From Nitrospinota bacterium (GTDB lineage Bacteria; UBA8248), in contig JASLZZ010000056.1 of assembly GCA_030754595.1 (NCBI GenBank), positions 5,733 through 69,732 of the forward strand: 64,000 nt of DNA. Reading direction: 5' to 3'. The notes under the pieces were generated by a model, which did not search any database, had not been told where the DNA came from, and saw nothing but the letters and a program-made list of their open reading frames with translations. Position 1 is the stretch's first letter. Every line of letters starts with the position of its first letter. Positions 19,467-28,480 of the stretch are shown in pieces. The translations under genes were made by a program, and so were the position numbers.

Positions 19467-19639
19467 CGGATGAGCTATTTACTTCATTCGGGAGGCCAGT
19501 GGGGATAAATTAAAAACAAGCTCAACCGGGAAATACCACATGTCGAAGACGCGGATCCTGAGGGACGGCGGTGCGGGAGAGTTCGCCCGCCTCCGGGGTT
19601 ACGCCATTTCGGGAATTTTTTTTCGATAAAGGAGATCAA

Positions 19640-20461
19640 ATGGACACTCAGGACTGGTATTCCGTCAAAGAATTCGCGCCTGGTAGCTATCAGATCACGG
19701 AAGGCGGGCGGTTCAAAATGTTTTTGCTGGCGGGAGACGAGAAAGCCGTCTCCCTAGACAGCGGCATCGGCGTTGGTAACCTGCGCCGGCTCTGCGAGAG
19801 CATCACCGACCGGCCCATCGACCATATTCTCACCCATACGCACTGGGATCACATCGGCGCCTCTCATCTCTGGGACAAAGTGGGGGTTCATCCCGCCGGA
19901 AAAGACTGCCTCGCCTCGGACCTTTCCAAGAACACCCAGGGATTCGTGAAAATGTGGACCGCGAACGGAAACTCTTTTCCGGACTGGTTCGATCCGGAGA
20001 AGTACGCCAACCCGCCGGCCACCTTCGGCTGGACCCTCCAGGAGGGCGATATGATCGACCTCGGCGATAGGAAACTCCGGATCTACGACACGCCGGGCCA
20101 CTCTCCGTGCAGCATTTCCCTTTACGACGAGCGGGAGAAAATCCTGGTTTCGGGCGACCTCATCCGGTGCGAGGAGTATCTCTTCCTCCAGGTGCCCACC
20201 GCCGTGCTCTCCGACTATCCGCCCTCGCTCAGGAAGATGGAAAAGCTCGCGGCCGAAGTCGAGATCAGATGGATCACCTCGGGCCACACCGAGCCCTACG
20301 GCGATCCTTCGATCATCGGGGAACTCGCCCAGCAGATGGAGGAGCTAGAGGCCGGAAAGCACGACCCGCCCAAGAAGGTGGACGGAGGAAACTGGGGCGA
20401 GGTGGACGAATATGAATTCCCGCGCGTCAAGGTCTGGATACAGGACCACGCCCGGAAATAG
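19640..20461 (+). CDS. MBL-fold metallohydrolase (paralog 1)
   Basis: THTHWDHIG, TPGHSPCS, SGD, SGH; AAGGAG RBS before ATG 19640. Confidence 0.9.
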   Translation: MDTQDWYSVKEFAPGSYQITEGGRFKMFLLAGDEKAVSLDSGIGVGNLRRLCESITDRPIDHILTHTHWDHIGASHLWDKVGVHPAGKDCLASDLSKNTQGFVKMWTANGNSFPDWFDPEKYANPPATFGWTLQEGDMIDLGDRKLRIYDTPGHSPCSISLYDEREKILVSGDLIRCEEYLFLQVPTAVLSDYPPSLRKMEKLAAEVEIRWITSGHTEPYGDPSIIGELAQQMEELEAGKHDPPKKVDGGNWGEVDEYEFPRVKVWIQDHARK

Positions 20462-20500
20462 ACCGGCGGCAAGTCCCCATCTCTCACCGAGAGGAAGCGC

Positions 20501-21316
20501 ATGGATACGCAAAACTGGTACGACGTTCAGGAGTTCGCGCCGGACACCTACCAAGTCACCGAAGCCGGCCGGTGGAACATGTTCCTTTTCGTCGGCGAGG
20601 AGAAGGCCCTCGCCCTCGACGGCGGGATCGGGGTCGGTAGTTTTAAAAAATTATGCGAGAGCATCACCGACCTTCCGATCGATCACGTCCTCACGCACAC
20701 CCATTGGGATCACGTCGGCGCGATACACGAATGGGATTCCGTCGGCGTCCACCCCAACGGCAAGGAAAAGCTCGCCAACGACTATTCGGCCGGGTGCAAG
20801 GATTTCGTGGAAAATTGGAAGGGAAAGTCCTTCCCCGAGGGTTTCGACCCCGTTTCGTTCACCATCCCGCCCGGCCGGTTCGGCCGGGAGGTCAAGGAGG
20901 GCGACGCGATCGACCTCGGCGGCCGCACCCTCCGCGTTTGGGACACACCGGGCCACTCCCCGTGCAGCATCTCCCTGTACGACGACCGTGAAGGCGTTCT
21001 CATCACGGGCGATCTGGTCAAACCGGGCCAGCCCCTCTTCATCCAGGTGCCGACGGCGGCTTTCTCCGACTACGGCCCCTCGCTCCGCACCCTTGAGCGA
21101 ATCGCCGCCGAAAATGAGGTGAAATGGGTTTGTTCGGGCCACACCGAACCGCACCCGGACCCCACCGTCATCGGCCGGATGGCCGCCTTCGTCGAGGAGG
21201 CCTGGGCCGGGAAACACGAGCCCCCGAAAAAGTTCGAGGCTGGTAAATGGGGTATCGTGGACGAGTACGAGGGATCGGGCGTCAAGGTGTGGACGAACGA
21301 CAACGCGAGACGGTAA
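20501..21316 (+). CDS. MBL-fold metallohydrolase (paralog 2)
   Basis: THTHWDHVG, TPGHSPCS, TGD, SGH; collinear with paralog 1. Confidence 0.9.
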   Translation: MDTQNWYDVQEFAPDTYQVTEAGRWNMFLFVGEEKALALDGGIGVGSFKKLCESITDLPIDHVLTHTHWDHVGAIHEWDSVGVHPNGKEKLANDYSAGCKDFVENWKGKSFPEGFDPVSFTIPPGRFGREVKEGDAIDLGGRTLRVWDTPGHSPCSISLYDDREGVLITGDLVKPGQPLFIQVPTAAFSDYGPSLRTLERIAAENEVKWVCSGHTEPHPDPTVIGRMAAFVEEAWAGKHEPPKKFEAGKWGIVDEYEGSGVKVWTNDNARR

Positions 21317-21338
21317 TTCACCCAGGAAACGGAGCCGA

Positions 21339-23282
21339 ATGGCCACCCCCGATATCATCTGGCGGCCGGGCGAGGATTTTCTCGAAAACAGCCACGTCGC
21401 CCGGTTGATGAAGAAAGTAGGCGCGGCGGATTACAGGGAATTCCTCGCCTGGTCGGTCGAGGACATCCGCCGCTTTTGGGAGGTTGTCCTCGATGACATG
21501 AATTTCGAGTGGCAAAAGCCCTACGAAGAACTCCTGGACCTGAGCGGGGGCTTCCCCTGGCCGAAATGGTTCGTCGGCGGGGAGACGAACATCGCCCTCA
21601 ACTGCATCGACCGTCATCTGGACAAAAGAAAAGATCAAACCGCCATCATCTGGGAGGGGGACGGCGGCGAGGTCCGCGAGTTCACCTACGCCGAGCTCTC
21701 CGCCGAGGTGAGCCGCCTGTCGAACGCCATGCGCGCGATGGGCCTCGAACCCGGCGACTCCGCTGGGGTGTTCCTGCCTCTGGTGCCCGAGGCGGTGATC
21801 GTCATGTACGCCTGCTTCAAGACGGGCGTCGCCGTGCTTCCCGTATTCTCGGGGTTCGGGCCCGAGGGATTGGCCGAGCGGCTGGCGCACGCGGAGGCAA
21901 AAATCCTCTTCACGGTGGACGGCGCGGTGCGGCGCGGCAAGACGATTCCGCTCAAGACCACCGCCGACGAGGCCTTGAAGAGAGAAACCTCGGTCGAGAA
22001 GGTCGTCGTCGTCCGGCGCTCGGGGCTCGAAGTTCCGATGAAAAGCGGGCGCGACGAAACATGGGAGGAATTCACCACCGGCCACCCCGATACGGCGGAG
22101 ACGGCCCACCTTCCCGCAGGCGCCGTATCGATGATCATGTACACCTCGGGGACGACCGGAAAGCCCAAGGGAACTATCTACACCCACGCCGGGCTGATGA
22201 CCGGGCCCGGACGCGAGGTCCGCTACTGCTTCGATATGAGAGAGGGCGACGTCATGTACTGGGTGACGGACTTCGGCTGGGTGATGGCGCCCTACGAGCT
22301 CGTCGGCTCTCATTTCGGGGGACACACCTGTCTCCTCTACGAGAGCGTCCCGAACCACCCCGAGCCCGACCGCCTCTGGCGGATCGTCTCCGGCCACAAG
22401 GTCACCCACCTCGGTCTCTCTCCGACGGCGATTCGCGTCCTCAAGAGCGCCGGCGACGAGTGGGTCGAAAAACACGATCTCTCCTCCCTCCGAGTGCTGG
22501 GCTCGACGGGAGAACCCTGGGACCCGGAGTCCTACATGTGGTATTTCGAGAGGGTCGGCGGCGGGCGCTGCCCGGTCATGAACATTTCGGGCGGCACCGA
22601 GATCGGCGGGTGCCTCCTTCAGCCCCTTCCCGTCATGGACCTGACGGTCGGCACACTGGGCGCCCCCGCGATGGGGGTGGACACCGACGTTTTCGGCGAG
22701 GACGGCAAACCCATCCGGAACGAGGTGGGCCATCTCGTCCTCAAGCAGCCGATACCGTCCTTGACCGCCGGATTTCTAAAAGAGCCGGAGCGCTACCTCG
22801 AGACCTATTTCTCGAAATGGGAGGGCGTCTGGTACCACGGCGACTGGGCCAAGTGCGACGAACGCGGGCTGTGGTACCTTTACGGCCGCTCGGACGACAC
22901 CATCAAGGTCGCTGGAAAACGCGTCGGGCCCAGCGAGATTGAGGCCGAGCTCATCAAGCACCCCGGCGTCGTCGAGGCCGCCGTCGTCGGCACACCCCAC
23001 CCCGTCAAGGGCGAGGGGATCACCTGTTTCGTCGTCATGACCGGAGATTATGAATACACCGACGCCCTCCGCGAGGAACTTAAAGATCAGACCGTCCAGT
23101 ATCTGGGAAAAAGCCTCCGGCCCGACGAGGTGAAATTCGTCCAGGCGCTGCCCAAAACGCGCTCGGCCAAGATCGTCCGCGGCGCGATCAAAAACGTGTA
23201 TCTGGGCCAGGACGTCGGGCACATGGATTTGAGCTCGCTTGAGAATCCGGCGGTTTTGGATGCGATTAGAGAAGCGGTGTAG
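21339..23282 (+). CDS. AMP-forming acyl-CoA synthetase (acetate-CoA ligase family, paralog 1)
   Basis: YTSGTTGKPKG, GSTGEP, WYHGD, GRSDDTIKVAGKR, LPKTRSAK. Confidence 0.93.
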   Translation: MATPDIIWRPGEDFLENSHVARLMKKVGAADYREFLAWSVEDIRRFWEVVLDDMNFEWQKPYEELLDLSGGFPWPKWFVGGETNIALNCIDRHLDKRKDQTAIIWEGDGGEVREFTYAELSAEVSRLSNAMRAMGLEPGDSAGVFLPLVPEAVIVMYACFKTGVAVLPVFSGFGPEGLAERLAHAEAKILFTVDGAVRRGKTIPLKTTADEALKRETSVEKVVVVRRSGLEVPMKSGRDETWEEFTTGHPDTAETAHLPAGAVSMIMYTSGTTGKPKGTIYTHAGLMTGPGREVRYCFDMREGDVMYWVTDFGWVMAPYELVGSHFGGHTCLLYESVPNHPEPDRLWRIVSGHKVTHLGLSPTAIRVLKSAGDEWVEKHDLSSLRVLGSTGEPWDPESYMWYFERVGGGRCPVMNISGGTEIGGCLLQPLPVMDLTVGTLGAPAMGVDTDVFGEDGKPIRNEVGHLVLKQPIPSLTAGFLKEPERYLETYFSKWEGVWYHGDWAKCDERGLWYLYGRSDDTIKVAGKRVGPSEIEAELIKHPGVVEAAVVGTPHPVKGEGITCFVVMTGDYEYTDALREELKDQTVQYLGKSLRPDEVKFVQALPKTRSAKIVRGAIKNVYLGQDVGHMDLSSLENPAVLDAIREAV

Positions 23283-23360
23283 GGGGGCATGGGGTTACTC
23301 AAAAGCTGTCATTCTGAAACATTTTGTATCGACAGACGATATCGAGTAGCCGACATCGTT

Positions 23361-23393
23361 CCCTCACCCCGCCCCTCTCCCGAAGGGAGAGGG
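23361..23393. repeat. REP-like palindrome
   Basis: CCCTCACCCCGCCCCTCTCCCGAAGGGAGAGGG; stem CCCTCTCCC/GGGAGAGGG with GAA loop. Confidence 0.65.
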
Positions 23394-23414
23394 AGGAGAA
23401 AAGTTCTTTGGAGG

Positions 23415-23446
23415 CATGGAACCTTTCTTTCAAGAAAGGTTCCATG
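23415..23446. repeat. Perfect 15-bp inverted repeat (REP-like or terminator)
   Basis: CATGGAACCTTTCTT-TC-AAGAAAGGTTCCATG. Confidence 0.75.
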
Positions 23447-23477
23447 AATTGAACGCCTTAAAAAGGAAATATCCAAC

Positions 23478-25421
23478 ATGCCCACCCCATCCGTGATCTG
23501 GCGTCCCAGCGAGGATTTTCTCGAAAACTCGAACATCGCGCGGCTGATGAAAAAGAACGGCGTTGCGGGCTACCGGGAGCTGCTCGAGTGGTCGGTGGCG
23601 GACACGCGCCGGTTCTGGCGGGCGGTCACGGAAGACATGGGGGTGGCGTGGCAGCGGCCCTTCGATGAGGTATTGGACGACAGCGGGGGCTTTCCCTGGG
23701 CGAAATGGTTCGTGGGCGGGGAGACGAACATCGCCCTCAACTGCATCGACCGGCATCTGGAAAAAAGAAAAGATCAAACCGCCATCATCTGGGAGGGAGA
23801 CGGCGGCGAGGTCCGAAAATTCACCTACGGCGAGATGGCGGCGGAGGTGGCAAGGCTCTCGAACGCCATGCGCGGGATGGGCATCAAGCCCGGCGACGCG
23901 GCGGGAATCTTCATGCCGATGATCCCCGAGACGGTATTTGCCATGTTCGCCTGCTTCAAGGTCGGCGCGGTGGCGATCCCGATTTTTTCGGGCTTCGGGC
24001 ACGAAGCGGTGGCCGAGCGACTGAACCACGGCGGAGCGCTGGTGGTATTCACCTCGAACGGAGGGATGCGCCGGGGCAAGGAGGTCCCTGTCAAGGCGAC
24101 GCTCGACCGGGCGCTCGAACTCGAAACGAAGGTGGAGCGGGTGGTCGTCTTCCCGCGCACGAAATTGGACGCGCCCATGAAGGCGGGCCGCGACCTGATG
24201 TGGGAGGCGTTCACCGCAGGACAATCCACCGAAACCAAAACCGAGCGGCTACCCGCCGAGGCGCGGGCGCTCATTCTCTACACCTCGGGGACGACGGGCC
24301 GCCCGAAGGGCACGATACACACCCACGCGGGCCTGCTCGCAACGATGGCCAAAGAGGTTGGCTACTGCATGGACTACCGCGAAGGCGAGGTTTTCTTCTG
24401 GGTGACCGACATCGGCTGGATGATGGGCCCCTGGGAGTTCGTCGGGGTGCAGTTCTACGGCGGAACCTATTTCATCTTCGACGGTGCGCCGAATTGGCCC
24501 GAACCCGACCGGCTCTGGCGGATGATCGCAGATCACCGAATTAACACCTTCGGCGTCGCGCCCACCGCGATTCGCGTCCTCGCATCCGCCGGGGACGAGT
24601 GGGTCGGGAAACACGACCTTTCGTCGCTGCGGATGCTGGGCTCGACGGGAGAACCCTGGGACCCGGAATCATACACGTGGTATTTCGAGAAGGTCGGCGG
24701 CGGGCGCTGCCCGATCATGAACATCTCGGGCGGGACGGAAGTCGCGGGCTGCCTGCTTCAGCCCTATCCCGTCGCCGAGCTTACGCCCTGCTCCCTCGGG
24801 GGACCGGCGCTCGGTGTGGACACGGACGTGTTCAGCGAGGACGGAAAACCCGTCCGGAACGAAATCGGCCACCTCGTCTGCAAGCAACCGATGCCCTCGA
24901 TGACGAAAAGTTTTCTGAACGACGACGAACGCTACATCGAGACGTATTTCTCGCGCTGGAAGGGCATTTGGTATCACGGCGACTGGGCGAAGGTGGACGA
25001 AAACGGGCAGTGGTATCTCTTCGGCCGTTCGGACGACACCATCAACGTCGCAGGAAAGCGTGTGGGACCCGCCGAGGTCGAGGCCGCCCTTATCGGGCAC
25101 CCCGCCGTCGTCGAGGCGGCCACCATCGGCACACCCCACCCCATCAAGGGGGAGGGGCTCACCTGTTTCGCCGTACTCTCGCCGGGATTCGAGGCGACCG
25201 ACGCCCTGCGCGATGAACTCAAGGACGAGGCCGTTAAGTATCTGGGCAAGAGCCTCCGGCCCGAGGAGGTGAAGTTCGTCGAGGCCCTGCCCAAGACACG
25301 CTCAGCCAAGATCGTCCGCGGCGCGATCAAAAAGATCTACCTGGGCGAAGACCCAAGCGCCATCGACACCAGTTCCATCGAAGTACCCGAATTTCTGCTG
25401 GCCATCACCAAGGCTATCTGA
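23478..25421 (+). CDS. AMP-forming acyl-CoA synthetase (acetate-CoA ligase family, paralog 2)
   Basis: YTSGTTGRPKG, GSTGEP, WYHGD, LPKTRSAK; 647 aa like paralog 1. Confidence 0.93.
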   Translation: MPTPSVIWRPSEDFLENSNIARLMKKNGVAGYRELLEWSVADTRRFWRAVTEDMGVAWQRPFDEVLDDSGGFPWAKWFVGGETNIALNCIDRHLEKRKDQTAIIWEGDGGEVRKFTYGEMAAEVARLSNAMRGMGIKPGDAAGIFMPMIPETVFAMFACFKVGAVAIPIFSGFGHEAVAERLNHGGALVVFTSNGGMRRGKEVPVKATLDRALELETKVERVVVFPRTKLDAPMKAGRDLMWEAFTAGQSTETKTERLPAEARALILYTSGTTGRPKGTIHTHAGLLATMAKEVGYCMDYREGEVFFWVTDIGWMMGPWEFVGVQFYGGTYFIFDGAPNWPEPDRLWRMIADHRINTFGVAPTAIRVLASAGDEWVGKHDLSSLRMLGSTGEPWDPESYTWYFEKVGGGRCPIMNISGGTEVAGCLLQPYPVAELTPCSLGGPALGVDTDVFSEDGKPVRNEIGHLVCKQPMPSMTKSFLNDDERYIETYFSRWKGIWYHGDWAKVDENGQWYLFGRSDDTINVAGKRVGPAEVEAALIGHPAVVEAATIGTPHPIKGEGLTCFAVLSPGFEATDALRDELKDEAVKYLGKSLRPEEVKFVEALPKTRSAKIVRGAIKKIYLGEDPSAIDTSSIEVPEFLLAITKAI

Positions 25422-25602
25422 CGCTTCGGCCCGGCAATTGCCCTCGTCCGAGGTCCGGTAACGAGGAAGCCGGGTTGCTCCACTCCCCCGAAAAATACGG
25501 TTTCGCTTAAATCGAGTTTAATAATTTGTATCTTGCTCCTGAACTCCACCCCCCAAAAAGATTTTTTCATTTCCAAAATAATTTTCCTCAATCGCTGGTA
25601 TC

Positions 25603-25642
25603 CTATGAATGTTCTCCACGCTCTATGTGTGTTCTCCACACT
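25603..25642 (+). repeat. 20-bp direct repeat upstream of the Cld-like gene
   Basis: CTATGAATGTTCTCCACGCT followed by CTATGTGTGTTCTCCACACT. Confidence 0.6.
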
Positions 25643-25661
25643 TGGTTAACGGGAGAGACGA

Positions 25662-26492
25662 ATGAAACCCACCGAACTGAACCTGACTCAAGAAGTCCTC
25701 GGGCACTCTCGTTTTCATTTCATCACCTACCCGGCGAGCGAAAGCGACCCGTCTCTTATCGACGGTCTGGAAGCCATCGAGAGGCGAATGGAGAACATGC
25801 ACGTCATGGACGGCAACCCTACGACGGAAGCCTATCGAAGAGGCCGGTATCAGTATCTTCGAGCGGAACCCGGCGAGGGGGGAGACCGGGACATTTCTCA
25901 CCCTGAAATGTCAGGAGCCAATATTCTCATCCACACCGAATCCTCATCTTCCGACTCCCTCGTTTCCTACGAAGAGGGCCTCCGCGCACTCGTTGAGAAC
26001 CGCGGCGGCTCCGTGGAGACCCTGGCCGGCATTCGAAAGCCTCGGAGCTATACGAGCTATGCCATGACCCAGTACTCCTACACCCGCGCCCTTCCGCCGG
26101 GTTCGGGCCTACGCTTACCCATCGGAGTTGTCACCCCCCAGAACAAAACCAGGGATTGGTGGAAGATGGACTGGATGCGGCGCGAGAGTTTCTTCCTCCC
26201 CCGCTACGACGCGGAGGGAAACATCACCGCTAAAGGCCACGCCCTGGCTTCCGAGGCCGGAATACCCTGCCTCAATCGCCGGCTCGTTCATCACCCCGAC
26301 GGGTATGGGCAAAAAACCGGGTACGACTTCGTGGGCTACTTCGAATTCGCCGAAGAAGACGCGGATACGTTTCGTTCCGTCATGGCCGAACTCCGAAACA
26401 AATCGGTCAACCCCGAGTGGAATTATGTCCAGGAGGGCCCCGAATGGTGGGGGCGCCGCGTTGCGCGACCGCAGGATCTGTGGAGGAAATAA
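25662..26492 (+). CDS. Chlorite dismutase family (clade-2 Cld-like) heme protein
   Basis: C-terminal half resembles Cld: P-x-x-K-x-x-x-WW (PQNKTRDWW), proximal His (KGHALAS), NRRLVHH, YDFVGYFEF, LRN..PEWNYV; GGGAG RBS. Confidence 0.7.
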   Translation: MKPTELNLTQEVLGHSRFHFITYPASESDPSLIDGLEAIERRMENMHVMDGNPTTEAYRRGRYQYLRAEPGEGGDRDISHPEMSGANILIHTESSSSDSLVSYEEGLRALVENRGGSVETLAGIRKPRSYTSYAMTQYSYTRALPPGSGLRLPIGVVTPQNKTRDWWKMDWMRRESFFLPRYDAEGNITAKGHALASEAGIPCLNRRLVHHPDGYGQKTGYDFVGYFEFAEEDADTFRSVMAELRNKSVNPEWNYVQEGPEWWGRRVARPQDLWRK

Positions 26493-26582
26493 TATAGATT
26501 TTGTGCTATTTATTGGAGGAGTCGAGGAGATGAAAATAAAAATTACTCAACCTCTTGAAAAATTGAACCATGGGATTTTCAA

Positions 26583-27131
26583 ATGGCTTTTAGAAGCAAA
26601 ACCTATGTGACGTACAACAACGATTATACCCGGAAACCGAAATCCGACGATATCCAGTGCGTCAGACAACTGATGGATTGGAAGGTTCGAGACGAGGCGC
26701 ATATCAGTTTTATCAACGCCATGGAGAAGGCGGCCGCCACCGCCGACGAGAGCCAGCAACTTAAATTGGTCCATGCGATCAAAAACCGGCTGGCGAATTC
26801 GACCAACTTCCTTTTGATCATGAGCTCCACGGACAAAGAGGAAACGCCCTGGGTGAGATTTGAAATCGAATGGGCGGTCGATCAGTGCAAGATTTCGATT
26901 ATCGCGGCCTACCAAGGCTACGATTCTATCCTTTCAGCGGGAGAGCTCGAACACCACTGGCCCCCTTCTTTCGACATGAGAATCAGAAACGGTACCGCGC
27001 AGGCTGTCCATATCCCCTTCAAGGCCGAGCTTCTCCAGAGGGCGGTCGGCCAGTTCGACAAGGACAACCAACCCAAGGGAGGCCTAAGCGCCTACACCAA
27101 GGGGGCGTATGAGCGCTGGGGGCTGGAATAG
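26583..27131 (+). CDS. TIR-domain protein (MTH538/DUF1863, Thoeris ThsB-like)
   Basis: MAFRSKTYV start, IKNRLANSTNFLLIM, WVRFEIEWAV with catalytic-type Glu, IIAAY, HIPFK. Confidence 0.8.
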   Translation: MAFRSKTYVTYNNDYTRKPKSDDIQCVRQLMDWKVRDEAHISFINAMEKAAATADESQQLKLVHAIKNRLANSTNFLLIMSSTDKEETPWVRFEIEWAVDQCKISIIAAYQGYDSILSAGELEHHWPPSFDMRIRNGTAQAVHIPFKAELLQRAVGQFDKDNQPKGGLSAYTKGAYERWGLE

Positions 27132-27199
27132 TCCGAGGGACCGCCTCTCCGTTCATCTCGTTTCGCCGGCTTCAGTTCAGATTAGAAACGATCTTGATT

Positions 27200-27430
27200 G
27201 TGCCAATACACCACAAAACCTGCTCGACACTGAAGCCCGGGCCCATCGTCAACTAAAAACCCGTGTCTCCGTCCCTCGCTCGGCCGAAACGGAGAATTTC
27301 ATCCAGGATCATCAAAACCGTCAATGAGGACATGTTTCCGCATTCCTCGAGGATTTTTTTAAAAAATAGAGGGCTTCGTCCGCCACGTTGACTTTGTCCC
27401 GGTAAACCTCGAGGATTCGCTTCCCTCCCA
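27200..27430 (-). pseudogene. Type III polyketide synthase (chalcone-synthase family) C-terminal relic
   Basis: Minus strand: GGKRILEVYRDKVNVADEALYF, frameshift in the T7/A6 run at 27354-27366, KKILEECGNMSSLTVLMILDEILRFGRARDGDTGF, TAG at 27253-27255, LTMGPGFSVEQVLW. Confidence 0.8.
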
Positions 27431-27735
27431 AGCCGCAAGGAAATTTTTCTCAACCTCCATGAAGCGTGGAAATGAGAATAGTGGAGCCAGTTCCTGCGTA
27501 GCAAATACCGGCAAGGAAACGGAAATAGAGAGGGTGTCAAAGCTCTCCCGAGGACACCTGCAGGGCTTGTATCGCTCGCCGGGGGGCCTTATTCTTGCAC
27601 CTTCGCTGAGGCAACTGCTCCGGCAAGCCAACGCTCTTTTGACCTGTTTTTCGGACCCGCGGTGAGCGGATATCGAATCCGCCAGCCTCGCCTGGAATCC
27701 ACAATCAAATCATCATTTTATTATCGGGATATTTC

Positions 27736-28476
27736 GTGAATATTTCTCTTTTCGACCTCGCCGCCATCGCCATTGGGGCCTTCGGTGTCGGTTTCTTCAA
27801 GTCCACCTTCAGCATGGCCGTAGGGCTGGTGCTCGTTCCCGTGATGGTAATTTTCTGGCCGACACGATTTATTATCGGAATTATCGCTATTCACATGTTC
27901 ATTTCGGACTACGCCGTGATCCGCTTGTTCTGGAAACAGTGGGATTGGCGGCTCGCCAAACTCGTGATTCCTGGTGTTTGCATCGGAATCGTCGCTGGGA
28001 CGGCCACGTTGGTGAACCTGCCCGACTACTGGATTCGAAAATTCATCGGAATCGGTTGCCTCATTTTCATTTCCATTCAGGGTTGGTCCGAGATCAAGGG
28101 CGGGCTTCCGACTCCGCGAATTGGGCGAAGGGCCGGGTTTGCCATCGGTGTCATCGGGGGGATCATAAGCGCCATGACCCACACGGGCGGAACCGTATTT
28201 ACGCTTTACCTGCTCAGCCAAGGAGTAAAGAAGGTCAACCTGGTCGCAACGATTATCGTCATCTGGATCTTCGTCAATCCGCTCAAGGTTAGCTCGTACT
28301 ACGTCGGCGGGCTGGTGGGCAACAAAATACTCATCGCCGGGATGGCTTCTATCCCCCTCGCCTTCCTGGGTGGTTGGATCGGACGCGGGCTGCTCGACCG
28401 GATGTCCCAACGATTTTTCAACACGGCGATACTTTTTTTTGCGCTGGCGGCAGCCGCGCGTCTCCTCTGGGAGTAA
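27736..28476 (+). CDS. Sulfite exporter TauE/SafE family protein (paralog 1)
   Basis: About 8 TM; GFFKSTFSMAVG, GVIGGIISAMTHTGG, GGWIGRGLLDRMSQRFF. Confidence 0.85.
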   Translation: MNISLFDLAAIAIGAFGVGFFKSTFSMAVGLVLVPVMVIFWPTRFIIGIIAIHMFISDYAVIRLFWKQWDWRLAKLVIPGVCIGIVAGTATLVNLPDYWIRKFIGIGCLIFISIQGWSEIKGGLPTPRIGRRAGFAIGVIGGIISAMTHTGGTVFTLYLLSQGVKKVNLVATIIVIWIFVNPLKVSSYYVGGLVGNKILIAGMASIPLAFLGGWIGRGLLDRMSQRFFNTAILFFALAAAARLLWE

Positions 28477-28480
28477 GAAG

